The notes under the pieces: model-generated
What the model was told of the DNA's origin: nothing
Database searches by the model: none
Seen by the model: the letters and a program-made list of their open reading frames with translations, nothing else
Position numbers and translations under genes: made by a program
Shown: piece by piece, positions 7,697 to 15,959 of the stretch
Layout of the letters: every line of letters begins with the position of its first letter
Numbering within the stretch: position 1 is the first letter of the stretch
Origin: Candidatus Hadarchaeales archaeon
GTDB taxonomy: Archaea; Hadarchaeota; Hadarchaeia; Hadarchaeales; Hadarchaeaceae
DNA: 21,070 bases
Assembly (NCBI GenBank): GCA_038851075.1
Contig: JAWCLG010000015.1
Location: forward strand, 1 to 21,070
Reading direction: 5' to 3'

Positions 7697-9937
7697 TCAT
7701 CCTCCTAGCCCCTCCAGGTCAACCGAGAAAACACGCGAGATGTTGTTCTCCATCGCGATCCCGAAGATCCTGTCCGCGGAGGACATTATCGCGTCGTGCA
7801 GCGTTATCACCAGTATCTGCGAGTCCCTGGAGAACTTTTTCAGCATCTCGGCGACCCGCCCCCTGTTCCGGGGGTCGAGGTTGGCATCTATTTCGTCCAG
7901 CACGTAGAACGTTGTCGGGCGGTATCTCTGCAGGGCGAATATCAGCGTGAGCGCCGTTATGGCTTTCTCCCCTCCTGAAAGAGACCCGAGCGATATGAAT
8001 TCCTTTTTCGGAAACTCTGCATAGATTTCAACCCCTCCTTCGAAGGGTGATTCCTGGTTCTGCAGGGTCAGGCGCCCCACGCCCCCGACCGATATCTCGC
8101 TGAATATCTGTCCGAAGTGATATGATATCTCATTGAACGTTTTCATGAAAACCTCTTTTTTCTTCTCGTCTATCCTGCGCATAAAGTCCAGTATTGACTC
8201 CTTCTCTGCAACGAGCTTGTCGTACCTTGCCTTCTCGGAGCCGAACTTTTTTTCCTCCTCCTTGTAGTCCCTTATCGCTCTCTGGTTGACCTCACCGAGC
8301 GACCTCAGCTCCTCCTCCACCTGCTCCGCCCTGTTTTCAAGCGCCTTCAGGTCAGCTTCTTTCGGCGCGCTGGTTCCGGACCTTAATTTTTTGATTTCAG
8401 CTTCGGCTGCTTCGAGTTCGGCCTTCATTGAAGCCCTCTGCAGCTCATGCCCCTGCTTTTCCCCTTCCAGCTCCCGCACCCTCGCGTCGATCTCCCTCTT
8501 TTTTGACTCCAGCGCCTGCAGTTCGGACCTCAGCTTTTCCCTCTCCGACCGCAGCCTGTTTATCGAGGCCCTGACCTTCTTTTCAGCTTCGCTCAGTTTT
8601 TCCTCTTCGGACCTCGCGGCAGTCATCTTTTCCTCGATTTCTGCGATGTTGGTCCGAACCTCGGCAAGGGACCTCGCCAGACCCTCACGCTTTGCCCTCA
8701 TATCCGCGAGAGATGGTGCCTCGCTTCCGTATGTCCGGTAATTCGCGATATATCTCTCCAGCTGGGTGAGAACCGATGATATCTCGTCGAGAACCCCCCT
8801 TGTCTCTTTAAGCGCCTCCATGACCTGTTCCCTGGTTTTTTTGCCCATTGATGACATGAGCTGCGTGAACCTTCCATGGAGCTCTCTGAATTTTGATATG
8901 AGGGAGCCGGTGTCGGGAACCTCCTCCGTTACCTTCTGTATCATGCCGTCAATGTCAGCCAGATCCCGCTCGAGGGAGGAGCGCCTATTTCTGTATGATT
9001 CCAGCAGCCCCTGAAGCGTTGTTATTTTCGAGTGGATAGCGGTCGTGCTCTCTATGGCACTGTCCGATTGCATCTCCTCTATTTTTGAGGAGAGCTCTTC
9101 GATTTTAGACTTGCAGCCGTTCAGCTCCCCTTCAATGCCATCCGCTCTGGCGCGGGCCTTTTTAAGGTCTTCGTGCAGCCTGTCGATCTTCCTCTCCAGC
9201 GCCGAGAGCTTGCCAGCTATTCTGTCCCTCTTGATTACCGCTATCTCACCCCTGAGCTGCTCCAGCTCCGCGGTGAGCGTCCTGTGTTTGATCGCAACCT
9301 CGACCTGAGACTTGAGATTTTCCATTCTGGAGGATATTTCTTTCAGCACCGCTCCGACCGTGCTGAGGTTCGCCTCAACCGCTTTCAGCTCCTCCACCGA
9401 CTTGGCTTTTTTCTCGTCGTACTCCTTGACCCCGGAGAGTTCGTCGATTATCAGCCTCCTCTCCAGCGGCGTCATGTTTATGAACGAGGACACATCCCCC
9501 TGCATCACGAAATTGTAGCCTCCGGGGCTGGACATGACCGGTGCCAGAAGGTCGATTATGTCCTGTCTGGTGACGCGTTTTCCGTTGATCTTGTAGACGC
9601 ATTTTCCATGCCTGTCGATCCATCTTGAGACCGCAACATCCTTGGATCCTACGGGGATTTTTCCGTCTTCGTTGTTGAACACGAGCGTTACCTCGGCAAA
9701 AGGAGCCGGCCGCTGTCCGTTGTCGTTTCCCTTGAAGAGGAGGTCTGACAGTTTTTCGGCCCGCATCGTCTTAGCGCTCAGCTCACCCAGAACAAAACAC
9801 AGCGCGTCAACTATGTTGCTCTTCCCGTTGCCGTTTGGACCCACAACTGCGGTGAGTCCCTTGGAAAGAGGGAGAGTCACCTTGGAGTTCCCAAACGACT
9901 TGAACCCCCTCATTTCTATTTTTGATATGTGTGGCAC
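7697..9937 (-). CDS. smc: Chromosome segregation protein Smc, atypically short (746 aa), no recognisable hinge
   Basis: GFKSF, Walker A GPNGNGKSN, Q-loop VMQGDV, LGEVNQRA, signature LSGGEKA, Walker B/D-loop YVLDEIDANLD; operonic with scpA-scpB. Confidence 0.92.
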   Translation of the reverse strand: MPHISKIEMRGFKSFGNSKVTLPLSKGLTAVVGPNGNGKSNIVDALCFVLGELSAKTMRAEKLSDLLFKGNDNGQRPAPFAEVTLVFNNEDGKIPVGSKDVAVSRWIDRHGKCVYKINGKRVTRQDIIDLLAPVMSSPGGYNFVMQGDVSSFINMTPLERRLIIDELSGVKEYDEKKAKSVEELKAVEANLSTVGAVLKEISSRMENLKSQVEVAIKHRTLTAELEQLRGEIAVIKRDRIAGKLSALERKIDRLHEDLKKARARADGIEGELNGCKSKIEELSSKIEEMQSDSAIESTTAIHSKITTLQGLLESYRNRRSSLERDLADIDGMIQKVTEEVPDTGSLISKFRELHGRFTQLMSSMGKKTREQVMEALKETRGVLDEISSVLTQLERYIANYRTYGSEAPSLADMRAKREGLARSLAEVRTNIAEIEEKMTAARSEEEKLSEAEKKVRASINRLRSEREKLRSELQALESKKREIDARVRELEGEKQGHELQRASMKAELEAAEAEIKKLRSGTSAPKEADLKALENRAEQVEEELRSLGEVNQRAIRDYKEEEKKFGSEKARYDKLVAEKESILDFMRRIDEKKKEVFMKTFNEISYHFGQIFSEISVGGVGRLTLQNQESPFEGGVEIYAEFPKKEFISLGSLSGGEKAITALTLIFALQRYRPTTFYVLDEIDANLDPRNRGRVAEMLKKFSRDSQILVITLHDAIMSSADRIFGIAMENNISRVFSVDLEGLGG

Positions 9938-10087
9938 GTTCTGACCCCAGGATCATCCTCACCCTTGCCTCCCCGGAACGTGCCTCCGGTTTAATTTCTG
10001 TCGGTCTAAACTTAAATTTCTTTCGCGAGAAGAGCCCGGTCATGTACCGGTTAGTTTTATGAGAGCGACGATATATTCTTAGAGACC

Positions 10088-10897
10088 ATGAGCCCCGTCA
10101 GGATACCCGTGCACAGGATTCCCGGGATTTCCAAAATTCTGGAAGTCGCTAAGGGGTACTACGAACAGCAGCTTGCTTACGAGGTGATGAAGGCAGGAGT
10201 GGTGCCGGAGCACATAGCGATAATACTGGACGGGAACAGGAGGTATTCGGCTGGCTCCGGGATTGAGATATCGGAGGGATACCTGCTCGGTGCAAAGAAG
10301 CTCGAGGAGGTGCTGGAGTGGTGTCGGGAGCTCGGCATAAGGCACATCACCGTGTACGCCTTTTCAACGGAGAACTTCAAGAGATCCGAGGATGAGGTGA
10401 ACCTGCTGATGGAGCTGTTCAGCAGGAAGTTCAGGGAGGCTGCCAGAGATGAGAGGATCCAAAGGTACAGGATCAGGATAAGGGCAATAGGAGACATCGA
10501 GACTCTCCCGGAGAGCGTGAGGAGTGCAATACGTGAGGCTGAGTCCGCGACGGAGGGGTATGACGGGCACACGCTCAACCTGGCCATAGGTTACGGCGGC
10601 AGGGCCGAGCTGGCCCACGCAGTCAGGAGAATATGTGAGCGAATAGAGAAAAAGGAGATCACACCGGATCAGGTGGATGAGGATCTGATAAGCAGGCACC
10701 TGTACACCTCGGACCTGCCGGACCCGGATCTGATCATAAGGACGAGCGGTGAGGAGAGGCTGAGCGGGTTCCTGCTCTGGCAGTCGGCGTACAGCGAGCT
10801 CTACTTCTGCGAGGCAAACTGGCCCGAGTTCACGAAGCTCGATTTCCTGAGAGCCATAAGGGCCTATCAGAGCAGGGAGAGGAGGTTCGGTCAGTGA
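10088..10897 (+). CDS. uppS: Cis-prenyltransferase (polyprenyl diphosphate synthase)
   Basis: HIAIILDGNRR, YAFSTENFKR, GYGGR, PDPDLIIRTSGEERLSGFLLWQSAYSE, RRFG. Confidence 0.96.
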   Translation: MSPVRIPVHRIPGISKILEVAKGYYEQQLAYEVMKAGVVPEHIAIILDGNRRYSAGSGIEISEGYLLGAKKLEEVLEWCRELGIRHITVYAFSTENFKRSEDEVNLLMELFSRKFREAARDERIQRYRIRIRAIGDIETLPESVRSAIREAESATEGYDGHTLNLAIGYGGRAELAHAVRRICERIEKKEITPDQVDEDLISRHLYTSDLPDPDLIIRTSGEERLSGFLLWQSAYSELYFCEANWPEFTKLDFLRAIRAYQSRERRFGQ

Positions 10898-11703
10898 AGC
10901 CAACCGCGGAAATTGCGGTGATGGGCGGGTCCGGGCTTTACTCGATGGAGATGCTCTCCAACGCGAAAACGGTTTCAGTTTCAACACCTTACGGGAAGGT
11001 GAACGAAATACTGATAGGGGTTATCTCTGGAAGGAGGGTGGCGTTTCTTCCGAGGCACGGAAGATCTCACTCGGTGCCGCCCCACATGGTGAACTACAGG
11101 GCGAACATATGGGCGCTCAAGAAGATGGGCGTGAGAAGAGTGATGGCAACGACCAGCTGCGGTTCGATGAACCCGAAGATCAGGCCGGGCGATATGGCGG
11201 TCTTCGGTCAGTTCATCGACTTCACGAAGGGCAGGCCCTCCACATTTCACGATGGGGGTAAACACGGGGTGGTTCACGTGGACATGACCGAGCCCTACTG
11301 CCCCGAGCTCAGCGGGATGCTTTTCGATTCCGCGAAGAGGGCGGGAGTCAGGGTCCATCGCGGCACCATCTACGCGTGTACGGAGGGCCCGAGGTTTGAG
11401 ACCCCCGCCGAGATAAGGGCGTTGCGGGGTCTCGGGGCGGATCTGGTCGGAATGACAAACGTTCCGGAATGCGTGCTCGCGAGGGAGGCGGAGATGTGCT
11501 ACGCCGCGCTTGGCATAGTCACCAACTTTGCTGCAGGAATATCGAAAGAGAAACTGACCTACGATGAGGTCGTCTCCATCGTTAGAGAAAAGACAGGGGC
11601 GGTGCAGGGCATATTCGAAGACGTGATAGCAAGGCTTCCTGAGGAAAGAAAATGTCCGTGCGGAAGAGCGCTTGAAGGCGCGGGCGCTCACTCTCCGGTG
11701 TAA
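10894..11703 (+). CDS. mtnP: MTAP-family purine nucleoside phosphorylase (methylthioadenosine/methylthioinosine type)
   Basis: GGSGLY, TPYG, LPRHG..H.VPPH.VNYRANIWAL, EGPRFETPAE, VGMT..PE..LARE, VTNFAAG; GTGA overlap with uppS. Confidence 0.92.
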   Translation: MKPTAEIAVMGGSGLYSMEMLSNAKTVSVSTPYGKVNEILIGVISGRRVAFLPRHGRSHSVPPHMVNYRANIWALKKMGVRRVMATTSCGSMNPKIRPGDMAVFGQFIDFTKGRPSTFHDGGKHGVVHVDMTEPYCPELSGMLFDSAKRAGVRVHRGTIYACTEGPRFETPAEIRALRGLGADLVGMTNVPECVLAREAEMCYAALGIVTNFAAGISKEKLTYDEVVSIVREKTGAVQGIFEDVIARLPEERKCPCGRALEGAGAHSPV

Positions 11704-11948
11704 ATCTCCTCCTCCTCTTCCATCTCTGGAGGCTCGAGCTCAAACTCCTGCTCAGGCTGGATCTTTTTCTTTTTCTTCTTTTCAACGATGACCGGGACCT
11801 CTTCGGGCTCCTTGCACTTTTCGCTTATCCTGTATGAGTTCGACTTTTTCACCTTTCCCTTGTAACCGCAGCGCGGGCATGCCAGCTTCTTCGACCTTCC
11901 TATTTTCGTGGGCACCAGCATCGTGCCACACTTGGGACAGAACTCCAC
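11688..11948 (-). CDS. TFS/RpoM-family paralogue with N-terminal zinc ribbon only
   Basis: MEFCPKCGTMLVP...LACPRCGY N-ribbon; no second ribbon; KKKKKK run then acidic tail; GGTGA SD before GTG. Confidence 0.85.
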   Translation of the reverse strand: MEFCPKCGTMLVPTKIGRSKKLACPRCGYKGKVKKSNSYRISEKCKEPEEVPVIVEKKKKKKIQPEQEFELEPPEMEEEEEIYTGE

Positions 11949-11986
11949 CGACTCACCTGCACAATTACAGATAAAGAAATGCGCCG

Positions 11987-12003
11987 TTCTTATAAATATA
12001 TCG
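11987..12003 (-). promoter_or_regulatory. Putative TATA box for the TFS-like gene
   Basis: Minus strand CGATATATTTATAAGAA in the divergent intergenic gap. Confidence 0.5.
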
Positions 12004-12065
12004 CAGAGTCAGCAGCGGAGCATCTGTCTTAATTATCCGACCGCAGATAGGGAATTGGGAAGGGC

Positions 12066-13496
12066 ATGTACCTGATGATGGGTTGCGATGACTTTGGCTT
12101 CACCCTGGCCAGCAGGGTCAGGGATAGGTCGGACCTCATAATACTTCCCGATGAGCCGAGGAAGGCCGAGCTGCTGAAGTCACTGGGCTTCAGGGTGGCT
12201 GATGGAAGTCCTTACTCGAGCAAGACCATCAAAAGCCTGGGCTTGAGCAGCAACGATTTCGTTCTCATCGGGACCGCGGATTTCAGATCTGCGGCGGCAG
12301 CGCTTTTCGCGCTCAGCGATGCGAAAAAGGAGACCGGCGCGAGGCCATACGTTATTGCGGTCGTTGAAGACGAAGCTGCGGCAGGTGAGGTCAGGGCTCT
12401 CGGAGCGGATGAGGTGGTTTCGGTGAGCGGGCAGACATCCGGGGCGATCCTGGAACGGCTGGAAAGTCTGACCCAGAGCCTGAAGGAGCGGAGGCTGCGC
12501 GAGATAATGAAGGAGAGATCCATGATGGGCGAGATGGCGATAATACTCCAGACCAACCCCGATCCGGACAGCATAGCCAGTGCGGCCGCCCTGAAGCTTT
12601 ACGCCAAGTCCTTCGGGGTCGACTCCAGGCTGGTTTACGACGGCGTGGTCGGGCATCTGCAGAACAGGGCGCTTTTGAACGTTCTGGGCCTGGAGATGCT
12701 CGAAGCAGATAGGGTTGACTTTGATCAGTTCAAGACCTTCGCTCTGGTCGACGTTGCCACGAGGAGTTACTGCTGCCTCCCGGAGACCAAGATACCCACC
12801 ATAATAATAGATCATCACTCAACACCCGCGGGGGAGGTCAACGCCCTGCATGTGGACATCACCCAGGTCGGCGCGGCATCCACGATAATGACGGGTTACC
12901 TCAGGAGCGCCGGCATAGATGTTGACAGGGCCACAGCCGCCGCGCTCATGCTCGGAATAACGACGGACACCATGAACTTCAGCCGCGGCGCCACGGATCA
13001 GGACCTTGAAGCATTCAAATACCTTCATGGCATTGCGGACCAGGATATCCTGAAAAAGCTCGTAAATCCTCCGGTTTCCTCGGATGCACTGGATGTGATC
13101 TCCAGAGCGATAAAGTCCAGCAGGATGAAGGGCAGCTATCTCACCTCATATGTGGGAGCTGTACCGGACAGGGACCTGATCGCACAGGCCGCGGATTTCA
13201 TGCTCGAGAGGGAGGGGGTGAGCACGACCCTTGTTTACGGGATAGTTGGAGGCAACGTTTATGTTTCAGCCAGGACGAATGATGTAGCGCTTAACTTGGG
13301 GCAGATCCTCAGGAAGGCCTTTGGAGAAAAATTTGCAGGCGGTCATCCGCACATGGCCGGCGCCTCTATACCTATGAGATCGCTGAAGATTGGGGCAACG
13401 GCAACCAAGGGCGTCATGCACAACTTGATCGCGAAACGCTTTCTCGAAGCAACCGGGGTAATAAAGACCAGAACCAAGCGTGTCTCCGGTGCGTAG
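12066..13496 (+). CDS. TrkA-N/RCK-like domain fused to DHH/DHHA1 phosphoesterase
   Basis: N-terminal Rossmann-like RCK region (MGCDDFGFTLA...LGADEVV); DHH motifs NPDPD, LVD, IDHH, GITTDT, SART, GGHPHMAG. Confidence 0.88.
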   Translation: MYLMMGCDDFGFTLASRVRDRSDLIILPDEPRKAELLKSLGFRVADGSPYSSKTIKSLGLSSNDFVLIGTADFRSAAAALFALSDAKKETGARPYVIAVVEDEAAAGEVRALGADEVVSVSGQTSGAILERLESLTQSLKERRLREIMKERSMMGEMAIILQTNPDPDSIASAAALKLYAKSFGVDSRLVYDGVVGHLQNRALLNVLGLEMLEADRVDFDQFKTFALVDVATRSYCCLPETKIPTIIIDHHSTPAGEVNALHVDITQVGAASTIMTGYLRSAGIDVDRATAAALMLGITTDTMNFSRGATDQDLEAFKYLHGIADQDILKKLVNPPVSSDALDVISRAIKSSRMKGSYLTSYVGAVPDRDLIAQAADFMLEREGVSTTLVYGIVGGNVYVSARTNDVALNLGQILRKAFGEKFAGGHPHMAGASIPMRSLKIGATATKGVMHNLIAKRFLEATGVIKTRTKRVSGA

Positions 13497-13498
13497 CC

Positions 13499-14323
13499 AT
13501 GAGTTATCTGGCAGAGGCGTTGCGCGGCGTTCTCTCAGAGGAGGAGATGAGGCTTCTTCCCATGGGTTACAAAAGAATAGGCCACGTTGCTATAATTTCC
13601 CTTCCGGAAGGGCTGATGCACAGGAGCGCCGATATCGCGCGCGCTCTTCTCGGGACCGGAGGGACACGCACGGTGATGCTGAGGGAGCGGGGAGTGTGTG
13701 GGAGACGGAGGGTCCCGGGGTTGAAGTTTCTTGCGGGTGATCCTGAGACCGAAACGCTGCACAGGGAGAACGGATGCGCGTTCAGGATCGATCCGGCAAT
13801 TGTGATGTTCTCCTCCGGAAACATGCATGAGAGGGCCAGAATCGCGGGCCTTGTTGGAGATGGTGAGGTCGTCGCAGACATGTTCGCGGGAGTTGGACAG
13901 TTCACGATTCCTATAGCCAGACATTCAGGATGCAGAAGAGTTTACGCCGCGGAGATAAATCCGGTGGCTTTCGGTTACCTGCGTGAGAATGTGAGGATAA
14001 ACAGGGTCGGGCATCTGGTCGTTCCGCTCTTGGGGGACTGTACGGAGGTTCTCCCCAGGGGGATTGCGGACAGGGTGATAATGGGCATACTGCACGTCTC
14101 GCAGGCCTACATAAAAGCTGCCATGGACGTCCTGAAGCCCGAGGGGGGAATCGTGCACTACCATGAGAGCGTTCCGAGCAGGGTGAGGTTCGAGAGGCCG
14201 GAGAAGAATCTGAGGTCTGCGGCAGGAAACCGTGAGATAGAAATCCTGGGGAGGAGAGTGGTCAAGAGATACTCTCCGGGAGTGGATCACGTTGTGCTCG
14301 ACGTCAGGGTTGGAAGGAGGTGA
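13499..14323 (+). CDS. Trm5/TYW2-family SAM-dependent tRNA modification enzyme, most like Taw2
   Basis: HRENGC.F, MFSSGN..ER, VADMFAGVGQFTIP, EINP, ADRVIMG, HYHE, VKRYSPGV.H. Confidence 0.85.
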   Translation: MSYLAEALRGVLSEEEMRLLPMGYKRIGHVAIISLPEGLMHRSADIARALLGTGGTRTVMLRERGVCGRRRVPGLKFLAGDPETETLHRENGCAFRIDPAIVMFSSGNMHERARIAGLVGDGEVVADMFAGVGQFTIPIARHSGCRRVYAAEINPVAFGYLRENVRINRVGHLVVPLLGDCTEVLPRGIADRVIMGILHVSQAYIKAAMDVLKPEGGIVHYHESVPSRVRFERPEKNLRSAAGNREIEILGRRVVKRYSPGVDHVVLDVRVGRR

Positions 14324-14328
14324 TCTGC

Positions 14329-14811
14329 GTGGCTGGTCCTGTCCATCCTGATCGGAAGGAGCTGACGAAGCTCAGGGCAATGGCGGATTACCTCTTCGGA
14401 AGGGGAGCGGGCAGGGCGCTGTTCCCTGACAGCGTGAATGTTGTGAAAAGCAGCGGCAGGATTAGGCAGGTTCTGCTCGGAGGCGAGCCGGTCTGCGCGA
14501 TAAGGGCGTCCGATGGACACATAAAACTGAACAGGAGGGGAGCCGAGCTTCTTCATTCCGCGTTTCCCCCTCCGAGGCTGCGCGTTGTGATAAGCGAAGA
14601 GGCGGTTCCTTTCGCGGGTTCCGGCAGAACAGTCTTCGCGCCTCATGTGAAGTCAGCTGATCCGGAGATCAGACCTGGAGAGGAAGTGCTGGTCGTTGAT
14701 GAAGAGGACAGGCTGATCGCCAGCGGAACCGCTATATTATCTGGAGAAGAGATGTCAGCGTTCAGACACGGAATGGCGGTCGCCGTGAGGAGAGGTTACA
14801 GATCGGGGTGA
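14329..14811 (+). CDS. PUA-domain RNA-binding protein (like the archaeosine TGT C-terminal domains)
   Basis: LRAMADYLFG.GAG, SGRIRQV, GRTVFAPHV..ADPEIRPGEEVLVVDEED.LIASGTA; GGAGGTGAT SD before GTG 14329 (alternative 14320). Confidence 0.88.
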   Translation: MAGPVHPDRKELTKLRAMADYLFGRGAGRALFPDSVNVVKSSGRIRQVLLGGEPVCAIRASDGHIKLNRRGAELLHSAFPPPRLRVVISEEAVPFAGSGRTVFAPHVKSADPEIRPGEEVLVVDEEDRLIASGTAILSGEEMSAFRHGMAVAVRRGYRSG

Positions 14812-14812
14812 A

Positions 14813-15175
14813 ATGATGTTTCCGAGGCACATGGACAGGAGACAGATGGAGAGGCTGATGCGCCAGATGGGGATAAAAAGCCTGGAGCTGGATGGCGTCG
14901 AAGAGGTGGTGATCAGGCTTTCGGACAGGGAGATCGTGATTCCTGGGGCCGGGGTCACCATTACCGAGATGGGAGGGCAGAAGATATATCAGGTTGTGGG
15001 GCAGGCGCACGAGCGGAAGCGTGAGTACCAGCCCTCAGATGAGGACGTGTCCATAGTGATGGAGCAGGCCGGGGTCGGAAGGGAAGAGGCGATCAGTGCG
15101 CTGAAGGAGACTGGCGGGGACCTGGCCGGGGCAATACTCAAACTGAAGGATCGCGGGACCAGCCAAGCTCCCTGA
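14813..15175 (+). CDS. nac: Nascent polypeptide-associated complex protein
   Basis: MERLMRQMGI...VEEVVI...YQVVG and UBA-like EDVSIVMEQAGV.REEAI.ALKETGGDLAGAILKL. Confidence 0.95.
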   Translation: MMFPRHMDRRQMERLMRQMGIKSLELDGVEEVVIRLSDREIVIPGAGVTITEMGGQKIYQVVGQAHERKREYQPSDEDVSIVMEQAGVGREEAISALKETGGDLAGAILKLKDRGTSQAP

Positions 15176-15959
15176 GGAGAGCCTCCCTCAGTTCCGAAAA
15201 CGCCTCAGTTCTCCCCCCGATCGCGTTTCCGTTTATCTCAACCACGCGTGCCATGCCGATCAATGAGTTAGTCAGAAAAACTTCGTCCGCCGAGAGCACG
15301 GATTCCGCGAAGAACCTCCCATCAATGACCTCAATTCCGAGTCCCCTGGCGATTGAAATGAGAAGCTTCCTGGTTATGCCGGGAAGTATGCCGCACTCCC
15401 GCGAGGGCGTGAACAGCTTTCCATCCCTGAACCAGAAAACGTTTGTGGCCGCCCCTTCTGCGACCTCATTTCTGTCGTTCAGAAAAAGCGCCTCGTCTGC
15501 CCCCCTGCGCTCGGCTTCCCTCCTCGCCACCACGTTCTCGAGATAGTTCAGCGTTTTGTGCTGCAGGAGCGGCGATGAAGAGTTCCTCCTGAACTCCACG
15601 ATGCAGCACTTCATCTCTGTCTTCGGTTTCATGTACCTCCCGACCGCCGTGAGCAGCTCCGACCCATCCGGAGCCGAGGAGAACCGGCCTTTTCCTCTGG
15701 ACAGCAGACAGACCTTCACGCGCGCGTCTTCAATCCCGGAGCTTTCCACGGCTGAGCTCACCTCCCGCACAACCGCGCCCTTTCCGGGGAACGGTATTCC
15801 GAGGAACTCCGCTCCGCGCCTCATCCTTTCAACGTGCTCGTCGAGGAGGACCGGTGGTCCGCGGTGCCACCTGAAGGTCTCGAAGACTCCCTCGCCGTAC
15901 AGCTCTGACCTGGATGGCTCGCCGCACGGTCTGCCGCCTCTGAAGAAGAGCGTTCTCAA
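15138..15959 (-). CDS. pabC: Class IV PLP aminotransferase, probable 4-amino-4-deoxychorismate lyase
   Basis: YGEGVFETF, HVERM, HKTLNY (PLP lysine), EGAATNVF, ILPGITR, FLTNS; overlaps the pabB stop codon. Confidence 0.78.
   Translation of the reverse strand: MRTLFFRGGRPCGEPSRSELYGEGVFETFRWHRGPPVLLDEHVERMRRGAEFLGIPFPGKGAVVREVSSAVESSGIEDARVKVCLLSRGKGRFSSAPDGSELLTAVGRYMKPKTEMKCCIVEFRRNSSSPLLQHKTLNYLENVVARREAERRGADEALFLNDRNEVAEGAATNVFWFRDGKLFTPSRECGILPGITRKLLISIARGLGIEVIDGRFFAESVLSADEVFLTNSLIGMARVVEINGNAIGGRTEAFSELREALLRELGWSRDPSV

Noticed and set aside
7697-9937. Rad50/SbcC or RecN annotation for the short SMC
   Set aside because: No CxxC hook and no mre11 neighbour; the head motifs and scpA-scpB linkage are those of true Smc.
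11760-11785. T-rich tract as a terminator or simple repeat
   Set aside because: It is the reverse complement of the poly-Lys codons of the TFS-like gene; a secondary role as mtnP terminator cannot be shown.
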